Source: Lachnospiraceae bacterium (lineage in GTDB: Bacteria > Bacillota > Clostridia > Lachnospirales > Lachnospiraceae). From it: a stretch of 64,000 nucleotides of DNA. Of this stretch, positions 1 to 9,183 are shown piece after piece (positions within the stretch are counted from its first letter, which is position 1; every line of letters starts with the position of its first letter). A program made the translations under genes and the position numbers. The DNA lies in assembly GCA_017543445.1 (NCBI GenBank), contig JAFYGB010000026.1:5366-69365 (forward strand), read 5' to 3'. The notes beneath the pieces were generated by a model. It was not told the origin of the DNA, did not search any database, and saw nothing but the letters and a program-made list of their open reading frames with translations.

Positions 1-1
1 T

Positions 2-2209
2 GAGAATCTGAAAGGGGTCAATGAAACCTACGGCCACGATGAAGGCGACCGTATGCTGGAGCGTCTGGCTGCGATCCTTACGGTCAGCGCCAGCGAGGGC
101 GACTTGTGCGTCCGCGTAACAGGCGACGAATTCTTTATCGCCGGCATCCTCGACTCTGAAGACGAATTTGACGATGTTCCGAAGAACCTGGAATACCAGA
201 TCCAAGCCTATAATTCATCTGCAGAACGCGACTACAGCATCAACCTGCATATGGCACGCGTGACGGCTCCGCTGACCAGCGCCGAGGTGATCGCGAACCT
301 GCCGTATGAAGCCGAATACCAGCGCTCCATGAAGAAGCGCAACGATCAGAAGATGCAGCGCTCGCAAAAGGCAAATGGCGCCGTTTCCGCGGCGGATGAA
401 GAAGAGCGCAACAACGTGATCCGCATCATCAACGAGAACCTGTTCAACTATGTGTTCCAGCCCATCATCGATGCGCGGACCGGTGAGATCTTCGCGTACG
501 AAGCACTCATGCGCTCGGGCGGAAAATACAAGATCTCTCCGCTCACCATCCTGAACCATGCGGAGGACATTGGCCGTTTGGGCGACATCGAACGTTTGAC
601 TCTGTTCAACACGCTCGAGATCTATAAGAAACACCGGGACCTCTTCGGAAAGAAGAAACTGTTCATCAACTGTATCCCGGCATTCATTCTGTCGGACGCG
701 GATTTTGAGCAGCTCTACTCGCTCTACGGTGACATCATGGACCAGGTGGTGCTCGAATTTACCGAGCAGACCGAGATGAGCCCGGCGCAGCTGGCGGTGC
801 TTCTGAAGCGAAGCAAGCGCACCAACTACCAGATCGCGATCGACGATTACGGCACGGGCTATTCGAACATCAGCTCCCTCTTAAACTTCATGCCGAACTA
901 CGTGAAGGTAGACCGCAGCCTGATCTCGAACATCCATACCGATCGCCGCAAGCGGCATTTTACTAAGAATATCATCGACTATGCGCACGACAACAACTTC
1001 CTCGTGCTGGCCGAAGGCGTTGAGAAACCGGAGGAAATGGCGGCAGTCATCGCCATGGACTTCGATCTGATCCAGGGCTATTACACCGCCTGTCCGGCGA
1101 AGGATATCGTCCCGGAGATCCCGTTCCCGATCCGTTCGGAGATCAGCGAGGCAAACCGTGCGCGCGGTAACCAGCGCGCCCAGAAGACCTTCTTTACGCG
1201 TGAGGACATGGAGATGTCCATCGCGGCGCTCGAGTTCGAGAATTATACCGACATCATGGTGACGAAGAAAAACTTCACCCTCATCGGAAATCGGGAGATG
1301 GACTCTTCGATCGCCATCCACATCATGGATAACATCGAATGTACCGTGCATCTGAAGGACCTGATGCTGCGCGAGGAAGCGGCAAATAACTGCATTTCCC
1401 TCGGAATGAACAGCAAACTGACGCTGGACATCCAGGGCGAGGTGAATATCCACGGAAGCATTAAGGTTCCGGAGCATTCGGAGTTCACGATCGTGGGCGA
1501 TGGCCTTCTGAACATGGTTTCCTCCTCGGAACGCCAGTACATGATCGGCCAGGATCTGTCGCACTCCCACGGTAAGATCAACCTCTTCCTGAATAACACT
1601 ATGCGTCTGCATATGGACGGCGCGAAGACCATCGTCATCGGCGGCGGCTCGAACGAAGGAGGGAATCCGATCACGATCCGCGGTAAGGAGCTGATCATCG
1701 AACAGACTGGCCGCGAAGCATTGGCCATCGGATGCCACGACTCCAAGTCCAGCATTCGCATCGAGAATACAAAAGTCTCTTACGACTCCCGCTGCTCGAC
1801 CAGCGCATTCGTCGGCGGCAGGGGCGTCGAGGCGATCATCCAAAACTGTGATGCGGATATCGTTTCGTTCGGTGACCGCGTCTGCGGTATTACGACCTAT
1901 TCGGCCTCCGGCAGTAGCGTCACCCTCATCAGTACGAAATGTAAGAACATCTTCCGCGGTAAGGAGATCTTCATCATCGGCGGTCCCGACTCCCTCATGG
2001 ATACGACCATGATCGACAGTACGCTCGATGTCACAGCCGAAGGGTCCTCCGTGATCGGTTTCGGAAGCACCAACAAGAGCGGTTCGGTATCGTTCTACCG
2101 CTGCGTCGGCCACATCGACGTCCGCTCGGCGAATGGTGCCCTCTTCGGCGTTCCCGAAGATAAGATCGAACAGGAGAATTGCGAGATCGAATTTGAATCC
2201 ACCGTATAG
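2..2209 (+). CDS. GGDEF-EAL c-di-GMP turnover protein, 5' end cut by the window edge, with an unrecognised ~340-aa C-terminal module
   Basis: The frame is open from base 2 (ENLKGVNETYGHDEGDRML is the end of a GGDEF domain). EAL motifs are present: FQPIID..YEALMR, EFTE, IAIDDYGTGYSN, LAEGVE..IQGYY. I recognise no motif in the last third. Confidence 0.85.
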   Translation, partial: ENLKGVNETYGHDEGDRMLERLAAILTVSASEGDLCVRVTGDEFFIAGILDSEDEFDDVPKNLEYQIQAYNSSAERDYSINLHMARVTAPLTSAEVIANLPYEAEYQRSMKKRNDQKMQRSQKANGAVSAADEEERNNVIRIINENLFNYVFQPIIDARTGEIFAYEALMRSGGKYKISPLTILNHAEDIGRLGDIERLTLFNTLEIYKKHRDLFGKKKLFINCIPAFILSDADFEQLYSLYGDIMDQVVLEFTEQTEMSPAQLAVLLKRSKRTNYQIAIDDYGTGYSNISSLLNFMPNYVKVDRSLISNIHTDRRKRHFTKNIIDYAHDNNFLVLAEGVEKPEEMAAVIAMDFDLIQGYYTACPAKDIVPEIPFPIRSEISEANRARGNQRAQKTFFTREDMEMSIAALEFENYTDIMVTKKNFTLIGNREMDSSIAIHIMDNIECTVHLKDLMLREEAANNCISLGMNSKLTLDIQGEVNIHGSIKVPEHSEFTIVGDGLLNMVSSSERQYMIGQDLSHSHGKINLFLNNTMRLHMDGAKTIVIGGGSNEGGNPITIRGKELIIEQTGREALAIGCHDSKSSIRIENTKVSYDSRCSTSAFVGGRGVEAIIQNCDADIVSFGDRVCGITTYSASGSSVTLISTKCKNIFRGKEIFIIGGPDSLMDTTMIDSTLDVTAEGSSVIGFGSTNKSGSVSFYRCVGHIDVRSANGALFGVPEDKIEQENCEIEFESTV

Positions 2210-2245
2210 AAAGAAAAAGATGATCGTATGAGGAGGTAACAAAGT

Positions 2246-3220
2246 TTGAAATTCAAAACACTTTTATTTATTTCATTCTTTATTCTGCTCTGCCTTACGG
2301 GATGCGGCGATCGAGTGGATTCTGGCGCGAAAGGTAAAGTTGAAGATAATCCGTTAAGCGAAGAGGAAATAATCAAATATGTGAAGGACTATATGTATTC
2401 CACCTATAAGGATGAGGTAGAGGTCCAGATACTCGGTAAAAATGACCTGAAGCGTGTAACAGAAGATGGTTTTAGTATGGACGGAAGTTATTTCGGCGGC
2501 GGGAAGTATGTAATGATAAAAAACGGACACAGCTACCCTCTGGAAATCACTTTTTCCAAGTATAACACAACTGTACATGGAATTTATGAAGACGGATACA
2601 CTTTAACTCGTAAAAACAGGGTGGGTTCTGAGGAGGTTAGCCGGTCTGTATCGATCAATTACTATGATGATCTGAGGTTAGATGCGATCATTCGGAAGGC
2701 AGAATTTGAGGAACTGCTAGGCGAGTATTTTACTAAGTTTCACATATATGAAGATCCTACCAGCCAGCCATATTATAATATATACCTGTATAGCACCGAT
2801 TATGAGAAATTGAATGAAGCTTTAAACGAATTCGCAAAAATAGGTTATTCCAAATACCCCGACTACGTTCGGGAATTCCATGCTTTTATTTTCAAGGACG
2901 AGGAGTTCTACGATTCTTTTGACTTTGATAAATGCAATAATATCGACCCCTATGATGATTCCATCGGGCTGACCAGCTATGACTTAATACATTCTCCTGA
3001 AAAGATCATAGAGCATTATCTGCAAAAGAACCTAACACTTATTACCACCTGCGAGGATCTCGACCAGGATATCTTTACCACAAACGGCCAGTCCGGATGG
3101 GAAGAAGGTACTGAGGAATTCGATCATGTTCTGTTCATGTACTGGTCAGTTAAGGATAAAGGCCAAGTGCAAGCTGTCACCTATGTATACGGAATCAACA
3201 TGGAAAACGTAGATCCCTAA
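2246..3220 (+). CDS. Hypothetical lipoprotein (AT-rich gene)
   Basis: TTG start. The N-terminus MKFKTLLFISFFILLCLTGCGD has an L-T-G-C lipobox. Composition is clearly AT-richer than the flanks. I recognise no family. Confidence 0.7.
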   Translation: MKFKTLLFISFFILLCLTGCGDRVDSGAKGKVEDNPLSEEEIIKYVKDYMYSTYKDEVEVQILGKNDLKRVTEDGFSMDGSYFGGGKYVMIKNGHSYPLEITFSKYNTTVHGIYEDGYTLTRKNRVGSEEVSRSVSINYYDDLRLDAIIRKAEFEELLGEYFTKFHIYEDPTSQPYYNIYLYSTDYEKLNEALNEFAKIGYSKYPDYVREFHAFIFKDEEFYDSFDFDKCNNIDPYDDSIGLTSYDLIHSPEKIIEHYLQKNLTLITTCEDLDQDIFTTNGQSGWEEGTEEFDHVLFMYWSVKDKGQVQAVTYVYGINMENVDP

Positions 3221-3242
3221 GATGATCCCAACATTAGAAAAT

Positions 3243-3268
3243 AAGCCTTCCCCACGAGGGGAAGGCTT
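3243..3268. terminator. Hairpin terminator between convergent genes
   Basis: Perfect 11-bp stem aagccttcccc/ggggaaggctt with a 4-nt loop. The T-run is on the minus-strand side. Confidence 0.6.
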
Positions 3269-3289
3269 AACTTAACTTTATACCGTTCC

Positions 3290-3320
3290 TGTGTCAATGG
3301 GGACGGTTCTTTTTGACACA
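3290..3320. repeat. Family-1 hairpin repeat (TGTCAA-N-GGGGACGGTTC-N-TTGACA), copy 1
   Basis: tgtgtcaa tggggacggttcttt ttgacaca. It abuts the stop codon of the TraX-like gene. Related copies lie at 11795, 12126 and 28162. Confidence 0.75.
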
Positions 3321-3321
3321 T

Positions 3322-4377
3322 TTACAAGAATTCATGAAGCAGGAACAGCAGCAACAGGTGTGCCGGATAGAAGATGTAGAAGAACCACTTCCAGTTACGG
3401 CCGCGCTTTTCGCTGTAGAATTCGGTCAATGGATAACCAGCTAAAACGATTGCTTCGGTCCGGCTCGCCAAAAGCGTCAGGATGAGGCTACTGCGGATCA
3501 TGTTCATCCCGGGGTGCAGCTCGCCATGGCTGAAATAGATAAATACGATGACGATGATGCCGCCGAGGCCATAATCACATTTCGAGAATACGGACGCCAG
3601 ACCGCCGAGGATCACGAAGCCCAGCATCGGGAAGAAAAACTTGCTGATCTCGCCGAAGGTCTTCGGCGCTTTTTTTTGCTCGATCCACGGGCGCAGCCAC
3701 CATTCGATGCCCCAGATCACCAGGAAACCGATCAGCAGCGTGATGAACACATTCTGCTTATTCCAGGCGAAGACACGATCGATGAACTTCAGGTCCTTAT
3801 CGGCAAATGCGAGGTCGAAGGGAATTTCTGAGATCACAGCAAACGCCGCCAGGCGGATCGCATATTTCAGGCGGGAGCGGGTATGGAAGAAGCCCTCCAC
3901 CAACAGGAAGCAAAAGATCGGGAATGAAAAGCGGCCGATCAGGCGCATCGCATTATAGGTCACCCACAGGGGATCCCCGAACCCTTCTTCTGTCCAGGTT
4001 TTATTCAGAAATACCGCAGCAGTGTGGTCGATCAGCATCGTCACGATCGCGATCATCTTCAATGTAAAACCGTCAAAGATCGCCGGCCGTTTTTTCGGCT
4101 GCGGCTGCGGTTTCTTCGCGCCTGTCGGGACTTCGTTTGCTTTTTTCGCTTCCGGTTGCGCTTTTCTGCGCTCCGGCTGTTCGCTCCGTTTCTCTTTCGA
4201 AAATACCTTCACCGTCGCGAACGTCGCGGGGACCACATCGTCCTCGTCGTCCGCTATCTCGGCGGGAGTGTCGGGCGTTTCCACGTCCGCTCCTTCTGTA
4301 GCTAACGGAAACTCCGGATCACTCTGTATCTCCTTCGGAAGTTCCGTCTTCTTCTCGTTCTCCTTCACTTTTTGCAA
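3322..4377 (-). CDS. TraX-family membrane protein with a ~110-aa charged, low-complexity N-terminal extension
   Basis: FTLKMIAIVTMLIDHTAAVF followed by multiple TM segments is typical of the TraX family. The only start upstream of the first TM is at 4377. Confidence 0.6.
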   Translation of the reverse strand: MQKVKENEKKTELPKEIQSDPEFPLATEGADVETPDTPAEIADDEDDVVPATFATVKVFSKEKRSEQPERRKAQPEAKKANEVPTGAKKPQPQPKKRPAIFDGFTLKMIAIVTMLIDHTAAVFLNKTWTEEGFGDPLWVTYNAMRLIGRFSFPIFCFLLVEGFFHTRSRLKYAIRLAAFAVISEIPFDLAFADKDLKFIDRVFAWNKQNVFITLLIGFLVIWGIEWWLRPWIEQKKAPKTFGEISKFFFPMLGFVILGGLASVFSKCDYGLGGIIVIVFIYFSHGELHPGMNMIRSSLILTLLASRTEAIVLAGYPLTEFYSEKRGRNWKWFFYIFYPAHLLLLFLLHEFL

Positions 4378-5296
4378 CTCCTTTAAGAAATGCCTTATAC
4401 TTCTTGCGGACCTTCTCCGACCGCTCTTTATTTGCCGTCTTAACGGTCTTCACTGCGAAGACCTCACCGCCCGGCAACGACTTCCAACGCAGTTTCGCCT
4501 GCATCTTCCCGTGGGTCGGGCAGTCGGCCAGCGTCAGATAGTACCGCGAGGACACCGCGAACCACGGCACCAGCATGTCACAGTACTCGCCGCAGCGGCT
4601 GCAGCGCACGCGGCAGACCTCGTCGTCGTGCATGGCCGCCGCCTTCGTTTCATATGCGCCGGTGACCGTCTTTGTGTACGTACCGAAGTCAAAATTCCAG
4701 TATTCGCCCTCTGCGGGCAATGCATAATAGTCGACGGACAGATAGGCGCCGAAGCGCTTTAAGTCCAGTTTCTGCCACACACAGGCTGTATAATACGCAT
4801 CCTGCAGCGCCCGGTGAAAATCATCCGCATGCGGCAGCACAAGCTGCTCCACGGCCGTCTCCAGCGCCACGCGCTCCTTACCATCTGCATACTGCAGGCT
4901 GTAGAGTTTCTGCACATCGTAATACGTCAGCGGCGAATGAAACTCATACTCCATCCCATGGTAGTCGATATTCGAACGCAGGACCGTCATGTCACCATTT
5001 CCCCACGTACAAAAAACCGGATCCTTACCGCACCATTCCAGGAAATCCGCGCAGACGGAGGGAAACTCCGGCGCGCATTTCAGTTGGGCGCTGTCCAGTT
5101 TTGTGACCTTCTTTATGATCGGATTTACGGATGGATAAGCAGACGGCCGTACCAGTTCCGAGAAACGCGAAACGATACGGCCGTTTTTGTCTAATTTGAC
5201 CGCACCGATTTCGATGATCTCAAACGGAAGTTCCGGAAGGCTTAACGCGGGATTCTGGCTTTGATTCCATTCCAAGTCAAAAACGATGTAATGCAT
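4319..5296 (-). CDS. DEDD-type 3'-5' exonuclease (KapD/ERI-1-like)
   Basis: MHYIVFDLEWNQ...EIIEIGAVKL...H..LQDAYY are DnaQ-like exonuclease motifs. I chose the internal ATG at 5296 directly before the Exo I motif. The 3' end overlaps the TraX-like start by 59 nt. Confidence 0.7.
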   Translation of the reverse strand: MHYIVFDLEWNQSQNPALSLPELPFEIIEIGAVKLDKNGRIVSRFSELVRPSAYPSVNPIIKKVTKLDSAQLKCAPEFPSVCADFLEWCGKDPVFCTWGNGDMTVLRSNIDYHGMEYEFHSPLTYYDVQKLYSLQYADGKERVALETAVEQLVLPHADDFHRALQDAYYTACVWQKLDLKRFGAYLSVDYYALPAEGEYWNFDFGTYTKTVTGAYETKAAAMHDDEVCRVRCSRCGEYCDMLVPWFAVSSRYYLTLADCPTHGKMQAKLRWKSLPGGEVFAVKTVKTANKERSEKVRKKYKAFLKGVAKSEGEREEDGTSEGDTE

Positions 5297-5365
5297 CGCG
5301 ACGTGAGACCTTTCCCGTGGCAAGCCGAAGGTTCGGCCGGTCACGTGAGATTTTTTCGTGCGGAT

Positions 5366-6793
5366 CTATCGGGAACCTCTCTTCGAAAATACGACGAGAA
5401 TGGTTTTCAAAATGATCTTAACATCCAGCGACAGCGACCAGTTGTCGATGTACTGGAGGTCGAGTTTTACGACTTCTTCGAAGTCCGAGATATCACTGCG
5501 TCCGCTGACCTGCCACAGTCCGGAAAGTCCGGGCTTCAATGCCAGACGGCGCTTATGATACGGAGAATACTCCTTAAACTCCTCGATCGTCGGCGGGCGG
5601 GTACCGACCAGACTCATATCGCCCTTAAGTACATTCCAGAACTGCGGCAGTTCGTCGATGCTCGTCGCGCGGATGAAACGTCCGACCTTCGTGATACGCG
5701 GGTCGTTCGTCATCTTAAACATAGCGCCCTTCATCTCGTTCTGCGCCATCAGTTCCTTCTTACGCTCCTCTGCATCAACGTACATGGAGCGGAATTTGTA
5801 GATCGTAAAGTAGCGTCCGTTCTTACCGACACGTCTCTGTTTAAAGAACAGCGGTCCGCGGGACTCGAGTTTCAACGGAATAAACAACAAGATCGTCGCA
5901 ATGATCAGGAAGACCATGCCGACCAGTGCACCGATGATATCGATGATCCGCTTCGTCAGCAACTGGCCCCAGCTGAAAAAACGCTCGGAAAATGTTACGA
6001 CCGGATAGCCGGCAAAATAAGTTACACGACTGTTCGTGCTCTCGTAGTTCTCGAGCATCTGAATGTAGAGGTGGACATTTACCCCCATCTCCTCAAACCG
6101 CTCGACATACTTACGCATCGAAGCGCCGGTGTCATATGCAACAAAAATAAAAACCTCATCCACGATCTGGCGGCTGGCCACCTCAAACATGTTGTTGAAG
6201 TTACCGAGGATGGTGTGCCCGTGATAGTGTTTTCCGAGTTCTTCATCATCCTCATCCACAACGATGATACCGCAGATGCGCTGTGTCCATGCACAGTATT
6301 TCTCCATGTGGTCGACGACCTCTTCCACACGATCTCGCGTAGTGACCACGAGGATCTGCGTTACGGACTTCGAACGGTCGCGGCGGCGCATCAGATAGGA
6401 CCGCAGCCCCATGTGCACCAGACAGGTCAATATTACGCTGAAGACCATCGTCACGGCCAATGTACCACGGCTGAACATGGTACTCTCATTCACAACAAAG
6501 ATGATGAGGGTATCGAGCAACAGCGTGATGAAATGTGTACGGATGATCGCGAAAAATTCGTCGAACAGGCTTCTTCGTATCGCCGCTCCGCTACTCGCCG
6601 AGAACAGCTTCGTGACCCAGAACGCAAGGAAAAGCATCATGAACTGCTGTTTGAAAAAGTCATCGATTTCAAACTTGATGTCCATGATGACGATGCGCCA
6701 AAGCGCGGATGCACAGTAAAAAGCAATAAAAAGCAGGACCGAATCCAGCAAAGCGATGGCGAATTCATACCCTCTGTTTTGTTTTTGTACCAT
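5366..6793 (-). CDS. Polyprenyl-phosphate sugar phosphotransferase (bacterial sugar transferase, WbaP/EpsL-like)
   Basis: C-terminal motifs PLFFKQRRVGKNG..F.IYKFRSM, DPRITKVGRFIR..SIDELPQFWNVLKGDMSLVGTRPP. The start at 6793 (MVQKQN) is preceded by taggagag. Confidence 0.85.
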   Translation of the reverse strand: MVQKQNRGYEFAIALLDSVLLFIAFYCASALWRIVIMDIKFEIDDFFKQQFMMLFLAFWVTKLFSASSGAAIRRSLFDEFFAIIRTHFITLLLDTLIIFVVNESTMFSRGTLAVTMVFSVILTCLVHMGLRSYLMRRRDRSKSVTQILVVTTRDRVEEVVDHMEKYCAWTQRICGIIVVDEDDEELGKHYHGHTILGNFNNMFEVASRQIVDEVFIFVAYDTGASMRKYVERFEEMGVNVHLYIQMLENYESTNSRVTYFAGYPVVTFSERFFSWGQLLTKRIIDIIGALVGMVFLIIATILLFIPLKLESRGPLFFKQRRVGKNGRYFTIYKFRSMYVDAEERKKELMAQNEMKGAMFKMTNDPRITKVGRFIRATSIDELPQFWNVLKGDMSLVGTRPPTIEEFKEYSPYHKRRLALKPGLSGLWQVSGRSDISDFEEVVKLDLQYIDNWSLSLDVKIILKTILVVFSKRGSR

Positions 6794-6947
6794 GGCAGCT
6801 ACTCTCCTAAGACTACTCCCCAAAAAAATACAATCGATCCAGCTTATGAGTCTCAAATGTATCATTCTAAGTATAGCACTTATTGTGGTTTTTTTCAATA
6901 GCGTTTATCGGAGCGCCGGGTTTCGAAAAACTTTTTGATTTTTCCTC

Positions 6948-6976
6948 TTGCATTTTTCGAAGTTCTTTGGTAAAAT
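6948..6976 (+). promoter_or_regulatory. Sigma-70-type promoter for the T-box leader
   Basis: TTGCAT, 17-nt spacer, TAAAAT. Confidence 0.5.
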
Positions 6977-6982
6977 ACATGC

Positions 6983-7256
6983 TAACCGCAATGAAAAGGA
7001 CCAGTACGTTCTGGGCATGTTTCAGAGAGCCGTCGGTTGGTGTGAGACGGTACCTGCGCTTTACGGAACTCCCCTTGGAGCTGCCATCTGAACCAATAGT
7101 AGGATCGGCCGGGTTTCTCCCGTTACAGAGGTGACGCGTCAAGCATAAGCTTCGCGCGAATGAGCGCATGCGAACGATATCGCATGAATTAGAGTGGTAC
7201 CGCGTAAGATTCGTCTTTCGTCTCTAAAAAGCAATAGAGATGGGAGGCTTTTTTTT
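6983..7256 (+). promoter_or_regulatory. T-box riboswitch leader (probably Leu-specific) with intrinsic terminator
   Basis: Stem-I elements AGAGAG (7024) and GGTGTGAGA. The conserved T-box sequence aattagaGTGGTACCGCG is at 7187-7204. A 14-bp terminator stem (cgtctttcgtctcta/tagagatgggaggc, with G-U pairs) precedes a T8 run. A GAA-CUC triplet at 7067-7071 is a plausible Leu specifier. Confidence 0.8.
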
Positions 7257-7258
7257 AT

Positions 7259-7325
7259 GATCCAAGGGACGAAAAGTCCCGATCGGACATGCTCGCATGG
7301 ACGGAGCGGACCTTGAGTCCCGAAC
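7259..7325 (+). repeat. Family-2 67-nt repeat (three mini-hairpins), copy 1
   Basis: gatccaaGGGACgaaaaGTCCCgatcggaCATGCtcGCATGgacggagcGGACcttgaGTCCcgaac. I count 63/67 identical to 31350-31416. Confidence 0.8.
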
Positions 7326-7464
7326 AAAAATGAGACCGGAGCCGTTTTCGAAGAAAACGAGCGGAAGTCGAATTTTTGTAGGATTTCGGGAGTGCGCAGC
7401 ACGGAGAAATCCGTAGGATCATGAAAGAGATCACCCCCCCACCCAGAGAGATTGGAGGTTACTT

Positions 7465-9165
7465 ATGAAGAATTGTGAGAAGTATGTACGCCAGTATTTT
7501 TTACCGCCCGTAGAGTGCATGGACTGGGTCCACAAGGACTACATCGCGAAGGCACCCATCTGGTGCAGTGTCGACCTGCGCGACGGTAATCAGGCATTGA
7601 TCGAGCCCATGAGCCTGGAGGAGAAACTGGAGTTCTTCAACCTTTTGGTGAAGATCGGTTTCAAGGAGATCGAGGTCGGCTTCCCTGCCGCTTCCGATAC
7701 CGAATATGCCTTCATGCGCGCCCTCATCGAGCGCAACATGATCCCGGACGATGTTACTGTACAGGTACTTACACAAGCACGTGAACACATTATCCGCAAG
7801 ACATTTGAGGCGGTAAAGGGTGCGCCCCACGCCGTCATCCATTTGTATAATTCGACTTCCGTGGCCCAGCGTGAGCAGGTGTTCAAAAAATCGAAGGAAG
7901 AGATCAAGCAACTGGCCATCGACGGTGCCGAGCTTCTCAACAAGCTGGCCGCTGAGACCGAGGGTGATTTCTCCTTTGAGTACAGCCCCGAGTCCTTCCC
8001 GGGCACCGAGGTGGAGTACGCACTGGAGGTCTGCAACGCCGTTCTCGACGTTTGGAAGCCGACCCCGGACCGCAAGGCCATCATCAACATCCCTACGACC
8101 GTTGAGATCGCGATGCCGCACATTTTCGCGAGCCAGGTGGAATACATCCACAAGAGCATTAAATACCGCGACAGCGTCGTTTTGAGCCTGCACCCGCACA
8201 ATGACCGCGGCTCAGGCATCTCCGATGCGGAGCTCGGCGTTCTAGCCGGCGCAGACCGCGTCGAGGGTACGCTCTTCGGCAATGGTGAGCGCACAGGTAA
8301 CGTTGATATCGTTACATTGGCTCTGAACATGTTCTCTTACGGTGTGGATCCAGAGCTTGATTTCTCCGACATCCCTGCCATCCGTTCTGTTTACGAGCGC
8401 CTGACCCGCATGACCGTTCCGGATCGTGCGCCTTACGGCGGCAACCTGGTCTTCACCGCATTTTCCGGTTCCCACCAGGATGCGATTGCAAAGGGCATGA
8501 AGAACCGCGAGGACAATGCGTGCGAGCACTGGACGGTTCCGTACCTGCCCATCGATCCGGTGGACATCGGCCGCACTTACGAAGCAGACGTTATCCGCAT
8601 CAACAGCCAGTCCGGTAAGGGCGGCGTAAGCTACATTTTGAAGAATTCCCACGGCGTTGTGGTTCCGGATCCTATGCGTGAGGAAGTCGGCTACATGATG
8701 AAGGGCATCTCCGATCGTGCCCACGCCGAACTCACACCCGACCAGATCTACGACGAGTTCTGCAAGGAATACGCAAATAAGTCCGATTGCTTTGCGATCA
8801 ATGAGTGCGAGTTTAAGCGGATTTCCGGCCAGGAAGGCATCACTGCTGAGGTGAATTTGACCGTCACGAAGGATGGCACGACCTCTACGGTCACCGGCAC
8901 CGGTAACGGCCGTCTGGACGCGGTTTCGAACGCGCTGAAGAAGTTCTTCAACATCACCTATCTGTTGGAGACCTACGAAGAGCACGCGCTCTCGAAGGGT
9001 TCGTCTTCGCAGGCGATGGCGTATGTCGGCATCCGCACCGATAACGGCGTGGTATGGGGCGTAGGCATTGACCCGGATATCATCCGCGCGTCGATCAACG
9101 CACTCGGCTCCGCGATCAACCGTTCCATGGTGAAGAATTACGGAATCAGCCGCAAAAACGCTTGA
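7465..9165 (+). CDS. leuA: 2-isopropylmalate synthase (long LeuA type)
   Basis: 566 aa with [29 protein letters not shown] and a C-terminal LeuA dimerisation/regulatory region. A T-box lies upstream. Confidence 0.9.
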   Translation: MKNCEKYVRQYFLPPVECMDWVHKDYIAKAPIWCSVDLRDGNQALIEPMSLEEKLEFFNLLVKIGFKEIEVGFPAASDTEYAFMRALIERNMIPDDVTVQVLTQAREHIIRKTFEAVKGAPHAVIHLYNSTSVAQREQVFKKSKEEIKQLAIDGAELLNKLAAETEGDFSFEYSPESFPGTEVEYALEVCNAVLDVWKPTPDRKAIINIPTTVEIAMPHIFASQVEYIHKSIKYRDSVVLSLHPHNDRGSGISDAELGVLAGADRVEGTLFGNGERTGNVDIVTLALNMFSYGVDPELDFSDIPAIRSVYERLTRMTVPDRAPYGGNLVFTAFSGSHQDAIAKGMKNREDNACEHWTVPYLPIDPVDIGRTYEADVIRINSQSGKGGVSYILKNSHGVVVPDPMREEVGYMMKGISDRAHAELTPDQIYDEFCKEYANKSDCFAINECEFKRISGQEGITAEVNLTVTKDGTTSTVTGTGNGRLDAVSNALKKFFNITYLLETYEEHALSKGSSSQAMAYVGIRTDNGVVWGVGIDPDIIRASINALGSAINRSMVKNYGISRKNA

Positions 9166-9183
9166 AAATAAAGGATATACATT

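Noticed and set aside
881-2242. A 453-aa minus-strand ORF antisense to the GGDEF-EAL gene. Similar long shadow ORFs: 5261-6901(+), 8242-9543(-), 9742-11097(-), 17045-18445(+), 21204-22103(+), 48861-49736(+), 4022-4762(+), 33039-33884(+).
   Set aside because: All of them lie antisense to, or out of frame with, genes that carry unambiguous family motifs. Their translations are Arg/Ala/Gly/His-rich, which is typical of GC-rich shadow frames, and none has an RBS or a recognisable motif.
7139-7402. An 87-aa minus-strand ORF, and the N-terminal part of the 234-aa ORF at 31314-32018(-). The two share the peptide ..GTQGPLRPC.H.RSGL.VPWII.K.
   Set aside because: The shared peptide is just the translation of the family-2 DNA repeat. 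One ORF overlaps a T-box leader, and the other is antisense to a well-supported gene and abuts the SRP RNA.
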